From the NCBI GenBank assembly GCA_963665295.1, contig OY762209.1, positions 288,001 to 352,000 on the forward strand: a stretch of 64,000 bases of DNA, given 5' to 3'. Positions 41,524 through 50,535 of the stretch are shown here, piece by piece (positions within the stretch are counted from its first letter, which is position 1; the number at the start of each line of letters is the position of its first letter). The DNA is from Syntrophorhabdaceae bacterium. Its GTDB lineage: Bacteria; Desulfobacterota; Syntrophorhabdia; Syntrophorhabdales; Syntrophorhabdaceae. The translations under genes were made by a program, and so were the position numbers. The notes below the pieces were generated by a model. That model did not search any database. It saw only the letters and a list, made by a program, of their open reading frames with translations, and was not told where the DNA came from.

Positions 41524-42483
41524 TCAGCCACCGCATCCGCCGCACCCTCCTCCGCACCCTCCTCCGCATCCGCCGCCGCCGCAACCACTTCCCCCGCAAC
41601 CGCCCCCTCCGACGGAGTCGCCCGACGTCCATCCGCTGCACCCTCCGCAGGACCAGCCTGAGGGCCTGTGGAAAGCCGCCTGGTATGCCCCGTATCCGTG
41701 GGCAGCCCCGAGGACCGCGGGACCGAACACGGCAACGGCGAAGGCCGGGTCTATCCCCGTCAGGGCGCCTCTTTTTGCCTTCTCCCTGACCCACCCGAAA
41801 TCCGTGGCCAGTTTATCGAGGTACTTCTTCCCGAGGCACGAGATCTGTGACCACGGTCTGAGTGACAGGGCAAGAACGACCACGGATGCGATCAATAAGA
41901 GAAAGAGAAGGGACACGGGTTTTCCCCGTGCCAAGCCTAAGTGTATCTTGATCAAGCCGGGCAGGAGCATCACCACCAGGACCGCCGCCGAGACAAGGCG
42001 GCCCCTCGTCATATCGGGACCGGTCTTCATGAGGCGCAGTTCCGTCAACTCCCGCGCCGCCAACCGGAGGTGGGGATCCAGGTTTTCCTTCAATTCCGCC
42101 GACCGGAAAAGTTCGGATGATTTCCTCTTCCTGTCCAGGAACCGGTAAATTATGCGTGTCTCGGGTTTGAGGCTTCTCATCTTCATGGACAGTTCAATCT
42201 TTCCCGCTCCCCCTTGTGTGAGGGTTACGCCGGCGCCCGCCCCGCTTACCACGACCAGGCCTTTGTGCCAGAGTTGGAAGACCGCCGACCTGATGACGCC
42301 GGGATAACCTGCCCTGAGGTAAGACAAGGATATCGGATCCAGACGGGTAAGGTCCGGCATGGGATACTCCAGGCTGCTGTCCGCGCGAAGCCGCCATCGG
42401 CCTATCAGGACGCAGAGCGCAACAAACCCCGCGTAATAAAAAAGAAACAAGGGACCCGGTATCAGCCTGATCATTTCAATCAC
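41524..42483 (-). CDS. TIGR04222-like membrane protein with Cys/Gly low-complexity C-terminal tail
   Basis: PGPLFLFYYA, LDPISLSYLRAG, GLARGKPVSLL and AVAVFG, then the tail SCGGCSGWTSGDSVGGGGCGGSGCGGGGCGGGCGGGCGGCGG. A GAGGA RBS precedes GTG 42483. Confidence 0.85.
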   Translation of the reverse strand: MIEMIRLIPGPLFLFYYAGFVALCVLIGRWRLRADSSLEYPMPDLTRLDPISLSYLRAGYPGVIRSAVFQLWHKGLVVVSGAGAGVTLTQGGAGKIELSMKMRSLKPETRIIYRFLDRKRKSSELFRSAELKENLDPHLRLAARELTELRLMKTGPDMTRGRLVSAAVLVVMLLPGLIKIHLGLARGKPVSLLFLLLIASVVVLALSLRPWSQISCLGKKYLDKLATDFGWVREKAKRGALTGIDPAFAVAVFGPAVLGAAHGYGAYQAAFHRPSGWSCGGCSGWTSGDSVGGGGCGGSGCGGGGCGGGCGGGCGGCGG

Positions 42484-42683
42484 GAATGTTCCTCGCACCG
42501 CTTATTAAGAACGTCCCGAAGGTATGTCCACTGTATCGATTATCACTTGTGATGCGGGATGTCCAGAGAAATCCACCGTGCCCTTTGCACCTGCGCGCCC
42601 CTTCCCGCTTGTCGCCGGTTAGGTTTCGTCGGATCGGGCGAGAAAGGGCATCCCCTGTGTAATCGGCAAGAATTCGATAGGCC

Positions 42684-42733
42684 TTGACAAATCCGCGCAG
42701 GGGGAATAAGTTTAATACTGACCGTACGGTATT
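42684..42733 (+). promoter_or_regulatory. tetR promoter with adjacent palindromic operator
   Basis: TTGACA (42684)-N17-TAAGTT (42707), then the imperfect palindrome AATACTGACCGTACGGTATT at 42714-42733. Confidence 0.6.
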
Positions 42734-42747
42734 CATGGGAGGTTTTA

Positions 42748-43389
42748 GTGAAGAGAGCGGGTGGTATAGAGACAGAGGAGAAGATCATACAGGCAGCCCT
42801 GGAACTTTTCGTGCGTAAAGGGTATCACGGTACGTCCATCACCGACATCATGAACAAGGTTGGGCTATCCAAGGGCTCCCTGTATGCCCACTTCAAGAGT
42901 AAAGGGGAACTCCTGCTGCGGATTATCGATGGATACAAGGTAAGATACCTTGACGAGATGACTCGCCTTGCGAAGGATGGTGAAGGAGATGCCCTCGACA
43001 AGCTCCACCAGTGCATCAGCTTCAGCGCCCGATTCGCGGCCGAGCACCAGAGCCTGTGCGGATTCCTGATATGCATCACCACAGAGCTGAAGGCGGATAT
43101 TGAGTTCGAGCCGGTGCTCAAGGCCGTCAACCACCACTACCAGAGACTGTTCAGCGGGATCATACGCCAGGGGATTACTCAGGGTGTAGTGGACAAAGGA
43201 ACAGACCCGGGTATGGCCGCTTTGACTTTCATGGCTCTCCATGGCGGAATGCTGCATCAATGGGCTCTTAACCGGAATATGATCGATGCGGGGGAGTATG
43301 TGAGAACCTTCCGAAAGACGTTCATTTACGGCCTGGCAAGCGATAAGGGAAGGAATATGTGCGATGAAAGGACATGGCGATCGAGGTGA
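42748..43389 (+). CDS. TetR/AcrR-family regulator
   Basis: IIQAALELFVRKGYHGTSITDI...GLSKGSLYAHFKSK. Confidence 0.95.
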   Translation: MKRAGGIETEEKIIQAALELFVRKGYHGTSITDIMNKVGLSKGSLYAHFKSKGELLLRIIDGYKVRYLDEMTRLAKDGEGDALDKLHQCISFSARFAAEHQSLCGFLICITTELKADIEFEPVLKAVNHHYQRLFSGIIRQGITQGVVDKGTDPGMAALTFMALHGGMLHQWALNRNMIDAGEYVRTFRKTFIYGLASDKGRNMCDERTWRSR

Positions 43390-43630
43390 GGCTGTCCGGT
43401 CCCGGGGCCGTTTAAGTAATCGGCATCAAACCGGGGGATGGTTCGCCAATCTCCACCGGATATTTTCTCATACTTGTAGTTGAAAAGGGCCCTCATTTCA
43501 AGGATAATGAATATTCACCATACTATTCGCAATATTCATTCTGCCGCCCGGATAGTTCATGCGGCAGCCGCCTTGGGAGGTAACCGTGGCGCCAACAGGG
43601 CACAACGAAGGGAAAGATGGAGACGTAACG

Positions 43631-44095
43631 ATGAAACGCGAGATACAGGAAATGGTGGACCGGGAGACGCGAGCCTGGAATATGGGGGACGCGGAGGCCC
43701 TCGTATCCCTCTTTCACCCCGACATGGTGTGGCCCTGGCCGTCCAATCCTTATGCCCATGACCCTGTAACATGGGTCTTCCCGCAAGGGCGTTTCAATCG
43801 TGAGAGGTGGAAACAGGGTTGGCAAGAGCTTTTCCGGACATATGAGTTGGTGCGCAACCAACGGACCACGGTGCAGATTGTCATTTCGGCCGAGGGCGAC
43901 GGAGCTTTCGCGGTTGTGGACGTGGATACACTGTGGCGGCACAAAGAGACGGGAGAGGATTTTCACTGGAAAGGGAGGGCTTGCAAGGGCTACACCCTGG
44001 TCGGCAACGAGTGGAAGCTCATCTATCACACGGGACTTCTCGACTACGAACACAAACACATAACCCCTTGGCCTTCGGCGCGAAGCGGGCCTTGA
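43631..44095 (+). CDS. SnoaL/NTF2-like protein
   Basis: ETRAW..GD.EAL..LFHPD and the C-terminal EWKLIYH. Confidence 0.8.
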   Translation: MKREIQEMVDRETRAWNMGDAEALVSLFHPDMVWPWPSNPYAHDPVTWVFPQGRFNRERWKQGWQELFRTYELVRNQRTTVQIVISAEGDGAFAVVDVDTLWRHKETGEDFHWKGRACKGYTLVGNEWKLIYHTGLLDYEHKHITPWPSARSGP

Positions 44096-44345
44096 CATCC
44101 CCGTCCCACAACATTCAGCAGTGACAATCGGTCTGAAGCCGGAAACGGCGTGCGCCACGGGAGCGACAGAGGGCCCCGGGAAACTTTCTTTGACGGAGTG
44201 TAACCTTATGGCGGCCCCGTCCGACATGTTCTTTATAGTTGCGGGCGTGTGCTTCGGGTGATGGGCCACGCAATAGCCGGGGCTCCGGGCGCGGGAAGGA
44301 AGGGTTGATTACGCCGGGGCCGGGATAGAACCAAAAGGGGGGAAA

Positions 44346-46388
44346 ATGAAGAAAGATGTAGCGGCAGTCTGTTTCGCCTCCGTGAAGCTGTTTGTTCTTG
44401 CCCTTCTCATTATGGGCATGTCGGGAACGGCGGTTTTTGCGGCTACCTACACCATATCAGGCACCATAAAAGCATCGGGCACAGGGCTCGCGGGTGTCAC
44501 CGTTGCCCTTTCAGGTACGGCAAGCTCCTCCACCACCACGGACAGCAGCGGCGCGTACAGTTTTTCGGGCCTGTCGAAGGGCAGCTATACCGTGACGCCG
44601 ACCATGGACAAGTACACATTCAGTCCCGCGAAGAAGACAGTGACCATCAATTCTTCGGATTCCAAGGGAAACAACTTCACCGCCAAGTCCTCGGTCCACG
44701 TCTTATCGGGCACCATAAAGGCATCGGGCACAGGGCTCGCGGGTGTCACCGTTGCCCTTTCAGGTACGGCAAGCTCCTCCACGACCACGGACAGCAGCGG
44801 CGCGTACAGTTTTTCGGGCCTGTCGAAGGGCAGCTATACCGTGACGCCGACCATGGGCGGATACACATTCAGTCCCGTGAAGAAAACGGTGACCATCAAT
44901 TCTTCGGATTCCAAGGGAAACAACTTCACCGCCAAGTCCTCGGTCCACATCATATCAGGCACCATCAAGGCATCGGGCACAGGGCTCGCGGGTGTCACCG
45001 TTGCCCTTTCAGGTACGGCAAGCTCCTCCACCACCACCACGGACAGCAGCGGCGCGTACAGTTTTTCGGGCCTATCGAAGGGCAGCTATACCGTGACGCC
45101 GACCATGGGCGGATACACATTCAGTCCCGTGAAGAAGACGGTGAACATCAATTCTTCGGATTCCAAGGGAAACAACTTCACCGCCAAATGGAAAGTGACG
45201 GCATATTATCAAAACGGCGGAACGGCGGTAAAGACCGGTCAGGCCTATGGATCGACCACAGACGATGAGTCGGGCGTGGAAGTGATCAATTCCGGCGTGT
45301 TGAACCTTTCCTACTCCACGGTTACCACGAAGGGCAACACGTCCTCCCCCGATGACAGCAGCTTCTACGGTCTCAATGCCGGTGTTCTCGCCACATCCGC
45401 GAGCGCCATCAACCTCTCGAATGTCACCGTCTCCACCACGGGCATAGGGGCCAACGGCGTCTTTGCCACAGGGGAGGGAACGACGATCACCCTCGACAAT
45501 GTGACCATAAACTGCACGGGTCAGTTGGGCCACGGCGTCGATGCCACTCTTGGCGGCACGCTTATCCTCAATGACGTGGATATCACTACCGGGCCCGGGG
45601 CAAATTCAGCGGCCATCGCCACGGACCGGGGGAGCGGCACCATCACCGTGACAGGGGGCACCATGACCACCTCCGGGACCGATGCGCCCGGTATCTATTC
45701 CACGGGAGTCATCACCGTTACGGGCTCCGCCATCAGCGCCACCGAATCGGAGGCCGCCGTCATTGAAGGGTCAAACTCTATTGTCCTCACCAATACGACC
45801 CTCTCCGGAGGAAAGAAGCGGGGAGTCATGATCTACCAGAGTATGTCCGGCGATGCCGACGGTTCGGAAGGCACTTTCACCATGACCGGAGGCTCCCTGT
45901 CCGCCTCCGTGGGTCCCCTCTTTTACGTCACCAACGCCACGGGGACAATCTCTCTTGCGGACGTTGCGGCATCGGCCGCTTCCGGCACCCTTATCAACGC
46001 GGCCGCCGACACCTGGGGCACAAGCGGCAGTAACGGCGGGACAGTGGTGTTTACGGGCACAAGCCAGGTCCTGAGCGGCAATATTGTTGCCGACAACATC
46101 AGTTCCGTAGCCCTCACCCTGCAAACGGCATCCTCGCTCCAGGGCACGATCAACGCGGGGGATACTGCCAAGGCAGTAAATGTTACCCTGGATTCCACGA
46201 GCAGTTGGACGGTGACGGCAAATTCCTATATCACCTGTCTCTCTGATACGGACGGAATCTCCGGCACCGCCGTCAACAACGTGCACGCCTCCTCCGGCAT
46301 CACGGTTTACTACAGCAACGCTTCCTGCGCCGCCCTCGGCGGAAAGACATACACCCTGAACGGCGGTGGTTCCCTGGTGCCGCGATGA
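44346..46388 (+). CDS. Secreted protein: three carboxypeptidase-regulatory/CnaB-like repeats + beta-helix-like C-terminal region
   Basis: Signal peptide, 3x ISGTIKASGTGLAGVTVALSG...TTTDSSGAYSFSGL..GSYTVTP, and a Thr/Gly/Ser-rich beta-solenoid-like tail. Confidence 0.82.
   Translation: MKKDVAAVCFASVKLFVLALLIMGMSGTAVFAATYTISGTIKASGTGLAGVTVALSGTASSSTTTDSSGAYSFSGLSKGSYTVTPTMDKYTFSPAKKTVTINSSDSKGNNFTAKSSVHVLSGTIKASGTGLAGVTVALSGTASSSTTTDSSGAYSFSGLSKGSYTVTPTMGGYTFSPVKKTVTINSSDSKGNNFTAKSSVHIISGTIKASGTGLAGVTVALSGTASSSTTTTDSSGAYSFSGLSKGSYTVTPTMGGYTFSPVKKTVNINSSDSKGNNFTAKWKVTAYYQNGGTAVKTGQAYGSTTDDESGVEVINSGVLNLSYSTVTTKGNTSSPDDSSFYGLNAGVLATSASAINLSNVTVSTTGIGANGVFATGEGTTITLDNVTINCTGQLGHGVDATLGGTLILNDVDITTGPGANSAAIATDRGSGTITVTGGTMTTSGTDAPGIYSTGVITVTGSAISATESEAAVIEGSNSIVLTNTTLSGGKKRGVMIYQSMSGDADGSEGTFTMTGGSLSASVGPLFYVTNATGTISLADVAASAASGTLINAAADTWGTSGSNGGTVVFTGTSQVLSGNIVADNISSVALTLQTASSLQGTINAGDTAKAVNVTLDSTSSWTVTANSYITCLSDTDGISGTAVNNVHASSGITVYYSNASCAALGGKTYTLNGGGSLVPR
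44452..45188 (+). repeat. Three near-identical ~249-bp coding repeats
   Basis: GCATCGGGCACAGGGCTCGCGGGTGTCACCGTTGCCCTTTCAGG recurs at ~44472, 44722 and 44970. The third copy has one extra ACC codon. Confidence 0.92.
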
Positions 46389-46642
46389 CGCTGTCGGGAA
46401 ACAGGCCGAAAGACCGCGAGGCAACCAGGCGGCACCATCCCGGCTGACCTCGCGTCGGCGGCAGGGTCCGGGCAACAATGTCTGTAATGGAAAGAAACCG
46501 GGGCTGGAAAGAGGAAAATGAGCGCCATTAGCCGGGAATGATGATTATGGGGGAGGATGACAGGGGTGACCGTAAATAAGGCGATAGCTTTGCCATGCCC
46601 GTCAGAAGGGCTGCGGACTGTGAGTTATCTACCTGTTTAGGG

Positions 46643-49345
46643 TCATCCCGAAGGCTCCTTCGACCCGAGCGGGAAATGCGCATGGATTACCGTGCCTTTA
46701 CCGGGTTGAGACACAAGTTCCAGGTGTCCTCCCGCAAGGGAGGCGCGCTCTTTCATGCCAAGCAAGCCGAAACTCTCCCCCTTCAATGCCTTCATGTGGG
46801 TATCGTCGATGTTAAATCCCTTTCCATCATCCCTCACGGTGAGGTGAAGTTCTTCGCTCAGCTTTTCAAGATCGACATACACCATCTTCGCGTGGGAGTG
46901 CCGTGCAACGTTCGTGAGCGCTTCCTGGGTAATTCGGAAACACGTCAACTCGAGGATAGGAGAAAATCGTTCCTCCGTGAAGTCCGCATGGAATACCACT
47001 CTGAATCCCACCCTGGCGGACAGCCAGTTCACATACCAGTCCAACGCCGCGGTCAGGCCAAAATCGTCGAGGATAGAAGGGCGAAGCTCGATGGAAAGGT
47101 TGCGCACCTTGTTTATCAGTTCCGTCACCGTGGGTGTGCTTTCGCGCACCAGGGTGAGCGCCGACTCCAGGCTATCGGAACGTTCCGTCCGTTTAAGGTC
47201 GATCCTGAGTGCGGTGAGGGCCTGACCTATTTCATCGTGGAGTTCGCGCGCGATGTAGCGGCGTTCCGTCTCCTGTATCTCGAGGAGGCGGTGCGACAGG
47301 GTCCTCAACTGTTCCATGGTGCGCTGCAGCGTTTCCTCCATGATCTTTTTCTCCGTCACATCCTCGACAATCCCGTCCAGGTGATGAGGAACCCCGTTCT
47401 CGTCACGGATCATGCTCAGCGTGAGGTGGCCTACCCATTTCCGGCCATCTTTACGGAGGTATTCATGCTCACATATTATCCGCGCGCCCTTTTTCCCTGT
47501 GCGCTGTAAAGTCTTCGCGTTCTCCTGCAGGTCGGCGCACATCCGGGCAGCGATGTCGGCGGCGGAGCCGATTGCATCCCGTGGCGATCCGTACCCCAAA
47601 ATACGGGCAAAAGCAGGGTTCATCCTGGTAAACCCGCCTTCAAGGGTAGACTGAAAGATACCCAGGGGAGAATTTTCAAATATACTGCGGTATCTTTCTT
47701 CGCTCCTTCTGAGCGCCGCTTCGGCCTGCTTGCGGTCAGTGATGTCCATTCCGAAGGATATTATGCCGACGAACTTGCCGCCATGCCGGAGGGCACTGTT
47801 CCTCCACGAGATTATCCGCTCTTCGCCGGACTTCGTCTTTATGGGGTTCTCAAAGGTATTGATAATCGAACCCGCTGAACCCGCGTTTTTCAGCCTGTCG
47901 AATTCATCTGCTACGCGCAAACCCGTTGCCCTGGAAATAAACAGCTCAACCCAACTCTTTCCTATAACCTCATCCGCGCGGTAACCGGTCATCTTTTCCC
48001 CTGCTTCGTTGAGGAGGGTGATTCTCCCGACGGTATCCAGCCCGACAATGAGGACGTTTGCCGAGTTAATGAGGTTTTCCGTATAATCTTTTGCCTCCCT
48101 CAGCGCCTCTTCGGCCTGTTTACGGTCAGTGACGTCGCGTATGGACTCGATAGCCCCGATGATGTCTCCCGATTCATCCCGAAGGGGGCTTGCCTTGCAC
48201 CACAGCGTCCTCTTCCGCCCGCGCATGTGCGGCACGTCCCTTTCGGCATAGAAGGTACCGTTGTCTTTATTGATGAATGAATACCTCTTTGCGATATCGT
48301 CATCCCAGGAGAAGGGCAGGTCCACGAGGATGGGGCATCTCTCCTGGTAAAGGGCTACGCCGTATTCATAGTCGCCTTTGCCCAGCATCGTTTCCGCGGA
48401 AAAACCGGTCATCTCTTCGATGGCCCTGTTCCATGTAATAATTTTGCCTTCAAGGTTTATCGCAAAGGTAGCGTCCGGAAGAAACTCGATAATGCCGGAA
48501 AGACGATTCTCCGACTGCTTCACCGCTTCCTCCGCCCGCTTGCGGGCAGTGATATCCTGGCACGTACCTTCGATGTGCAGTATATTGCCCTCGTCGTCCC
48601 GCGCAAGGCGCATGTTGAGCATGCCCCAGATAATGCTTCCGTTTCTGTGGCGGCACCGCACCTCGTAGTTTCTCACAAAACCATGTTTCTGCAACAGGGT
48701 AAACATCGTATCGCGGTCCTCAGGGTTTGTGTAAAGCTGAGACCCCGTATCCGTGATGGCGGCTATTAATTCTTCCGGTGACTCATAACCGAGCATCCGG
48801 GCGGCAGCGGTATTTGCCCGAAGAAAACGGCCTTCGGGGGTGGTGACGAATATGCCTTCGACGGCGTTCTCAAATATGGTCCTGAAACGCTCTTCACTCT
48901 TGTGGAGCGCCTCCTCCACCCACTTACGTTCCGTAACGTCCGTCACCTGGGTCAGGAAGAAATCCTTATCACCGATAGTGATCTTCGAAGAATTGAACAA
49001 ACCGTATCTCGGCTCGCCTCCCTTTACATGCATCTGCAACTCCAGGTTTTCCACGAACCCCTTTCGGCGGTATTCGTCAAGAAATATCGCCCGGTCTTCG
49101 GCGGTGATATAACCGGCGCCGACGGACGTATTGTCTATGAGTTCTTCCCGTTTCAGGCCCATGACCTTCGCGAACGCTTCATTGACCTCAACGTACCGTC
49201 CGTCCTTCATGACCGTTATAGCCATGGGAATCGGACTCTTCAGGAAAAATGTGGCAAACTTCTCCTCGCTTTCTATGGTTGTCTTTTCGAGTTCTTTGAT
49301 TCTCTGTTCCAGGTCATGATAGGTGGGTTTTTCGTTCACGGACAA
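46643..49345 (-). CDS. Five-PAS sensor histidine kinase (HisKA_3)
   Basis: QETERRYIARELHDEIGQ, QEALTNVARH, DDGKGF and FGLLGMKER, with an AGGAGG RBS before TTG. Confidence 0.93.
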   Translation of the reverse strand: MSVNEKPTYHDLEQRIKELEKTTIESEEKFATFFLKSPIPMAITVMKDGRYVEVNEAFAKVMGLKREELIDNTSVGAGYITAEDRAIFLDEYRRKGFVENLELQMHVKGGEPRYGLFNSSKITIGDKDFFLTQVTDVTERKWVEEALHKSEERFRTIFENAVEGIFVTTPEGRFLRANTAAARMLGYESPEELIAAITDTGSQLYTNPEDRDTMFTLLQKHGFVRNYEVRCRHRNGSIIWGMLNMRLARDDEGNILHIEGTCQDITARKRAEEAVKQSENRLSGIIEFLPDATFAINLEGKIITWNRAIEEMTGFSAETMLGKGDYEYGVALYQERCPILVDLPFSWDDDIAKRYSFINKDNGTFYAERDVPHMRGRKRTLWCKASPLRDESGDIIGAIESIRDVTDRKQAEEALREAKDYTENLINSANVLIVGLDTVGRITLLNEAGEKMTGYRADEVIGKSWVELFISRATGLRVADEFDRLKNAGSAGSIINTFENPIKTKSGEERIISWRNSALRHGGKFVGIISFGMDITDRKQAEAALRRSEERYRSIFENSPLGIFQSTLEGGFTRMNPAFARILGYGSPRDAIGSAADIAARMCADLQENAKTLQRTGKKGARIICEHEYLRKDGRKWVGHLTLSMIRDENGVPHHLDGIVEDVTEKKIMEETLQRTMEQLRTLSHRLLEIQETERRYIARELHDEIGQALTALRIDLKRTERSDSLESALTLVRESTPTVTELINKVRNLSIELRPSILDDFGLTAALDWYVNWLSARVGFRVVFHADFTEERFSPILELTCFRITQEALTNVARHSHAKMVYVDLEKLSEELHLTVRDDGKGFNIDDTHMKALKGESFGLLGMKERASLAGGHLELVSQPGKGTVIHAHFPLGSKEPSG

Positions 49346-49549
49346 GAGACCTCCTTCTGTTCACAAAATGGGGTGCATCTGAAGGGATTTCTCGGCCATT
49401 TTCTTCTTGTCGAAAGCATACACCTTCTCTCATAACAAGGCGCTTTCTGTGATAAAAAAACTATAGGCGGAATGACCCCTTAAGTCAAATCAATAATTGG
49501 GCATCCATACCGGTCTGCGGTATTCAGGCAACCCTGAACAAGAAAAGAC

Positions 49550-49580
49550 TTGACCTGCCTACCGCTTCATAGTGCAGAAT
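49550..49580 (+). promoter_or_regulatory. MerR-type long-spacer promoter
   Basis: TTGACC (49550-49555)-N19-CAGAAT (49575-49580), directly upstream of the merR-family gene. Confidence 0.55.
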
Positions 49581-49599
49581 ATCTTCCAGGAGGTACGAT

Positions 49600-50202
49600 A
49601 TGGCTCCATCAACCGGCAAGAACCATCACGGAGGCGGCTTTCTCACAGACGAATCGGGACCGACGACGTTTCCCATGTCCATCGGCCGACTGGCAGGAGC
49701 CTTTGGACTCGCGCGAAGCACCCTTCTTTATTATGATGCCATCGGCATTCTTCACCCATCGGAACGAAGCGGGGCGAATTACCGGCGATACACACGGGAA
49801 GACCATCGCAAACTGGAATTGATCTGCATGTACCGTCAAATCGGGCTTCCCATGGCATCCATCAGGGATATCCTCCAGGCGTCGCAGCACGTGGTCAGGG
49901 ACATCCTGGAGAAACGTCTCATGGACCTCGCGGGGGAAATCGTGAAACTCCGGGAACAGCAGCAAGTGATCATCCGCATGCTGGCCGATCCGTCCCTGCG
50001 GGACCGGATCCCCTTCATGGACAAGGGAGGTTGGATTGCCCTCCTGCGAGCCGCCGGTCTCGACGACGACGGCATGGAGAGATGGCATCGGGAATTCGAG
50101 CGGTTTTCTCCCCGACTCCATCAGGAATTTCTCGAAGGACTGGGCATTGCCCATAGCGAGATCGAGGAAATCCGCGAGCAGTCAAGGCGGTCGGGGCCCT
50201 GA
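49600..50202 (+). CDS. MerR-family regulator
   Basis: SIGRLA...RSTLLYYDAIGIL.P...NYRRY and C-terminal WHREFE..P..HQEFL, with an AGGAGG RBS. Confidence 0.92.
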   Translation: MAPSTGKNHHGGGFLTDESGPTTFPMSIGRLAGAFGLARSTLLYYDAIGILHPSERSGANYRRYTREDHRKLELICMYRQIGLPMASIRDILQASQHVVRDILEKRLMDLAGEIVKLREQQQVIIRMLADPSLRDRIPFMDKGGWIALLRAAGLDDDGMERWHREFERFSPRLHQEFLEGLGIAHSEIEEIREQSRRSGP

Positions 50203-50226
50203 CCGCTCGACGGGAGCCGCTAACGC

Positions 50227-50400
50227 TTACAGCACAAAGAAGGTCCAGATCAACGCCGCAGCGCCGGTCAGGATCACGCCTGCCACCACGATCCAGGTCA
50301 GGTGCCTTGAGCTAAGGCGCCTTCCCCGCGGGGGGTGCGCGTGTTTCTCTTTCTCCCGTTCTCTCTCTTGTCGATGGGACAGATCGCCTTCGTGGTTCAT
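50227..50400 (-). CDS. Small single-pass membrane protein (57 aa), not in the ORF track
   Basis: AGGAG RBS, then MNHEGDLSHRQEREREKEKHAHPPRGRRLSSRHLTWIVVAGVILTGAAALIWTFFVL*. Confidence 0.6.
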   Translation of the reverse strand: MNHEGDLSHRQEREREKEKHAHPPRGRRLSSRHLTWIVVAGVILTGAAALIWTFFVL

Positions 50401-50535
50401 ATCATCTCCTTAGTCCCCCATGAGAGCCGTCTCTGCCATAGCCTCCAGGTTCCCTTAATTAAGCGTGATTGTTGCGCCCGGCCCCTTTTGCATAACATGC
50501 CGACGCACTCTCCATAGTTGCCGCCCGGAATCACT

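Noticed and set aside
41524..41526. TGA ending the Cys/Gly tail as a possible selenocysteine codon
   Set aside because: No convincing hairpin follows, and another TGA occurs 7 codons later. It is treated as a normal stop.
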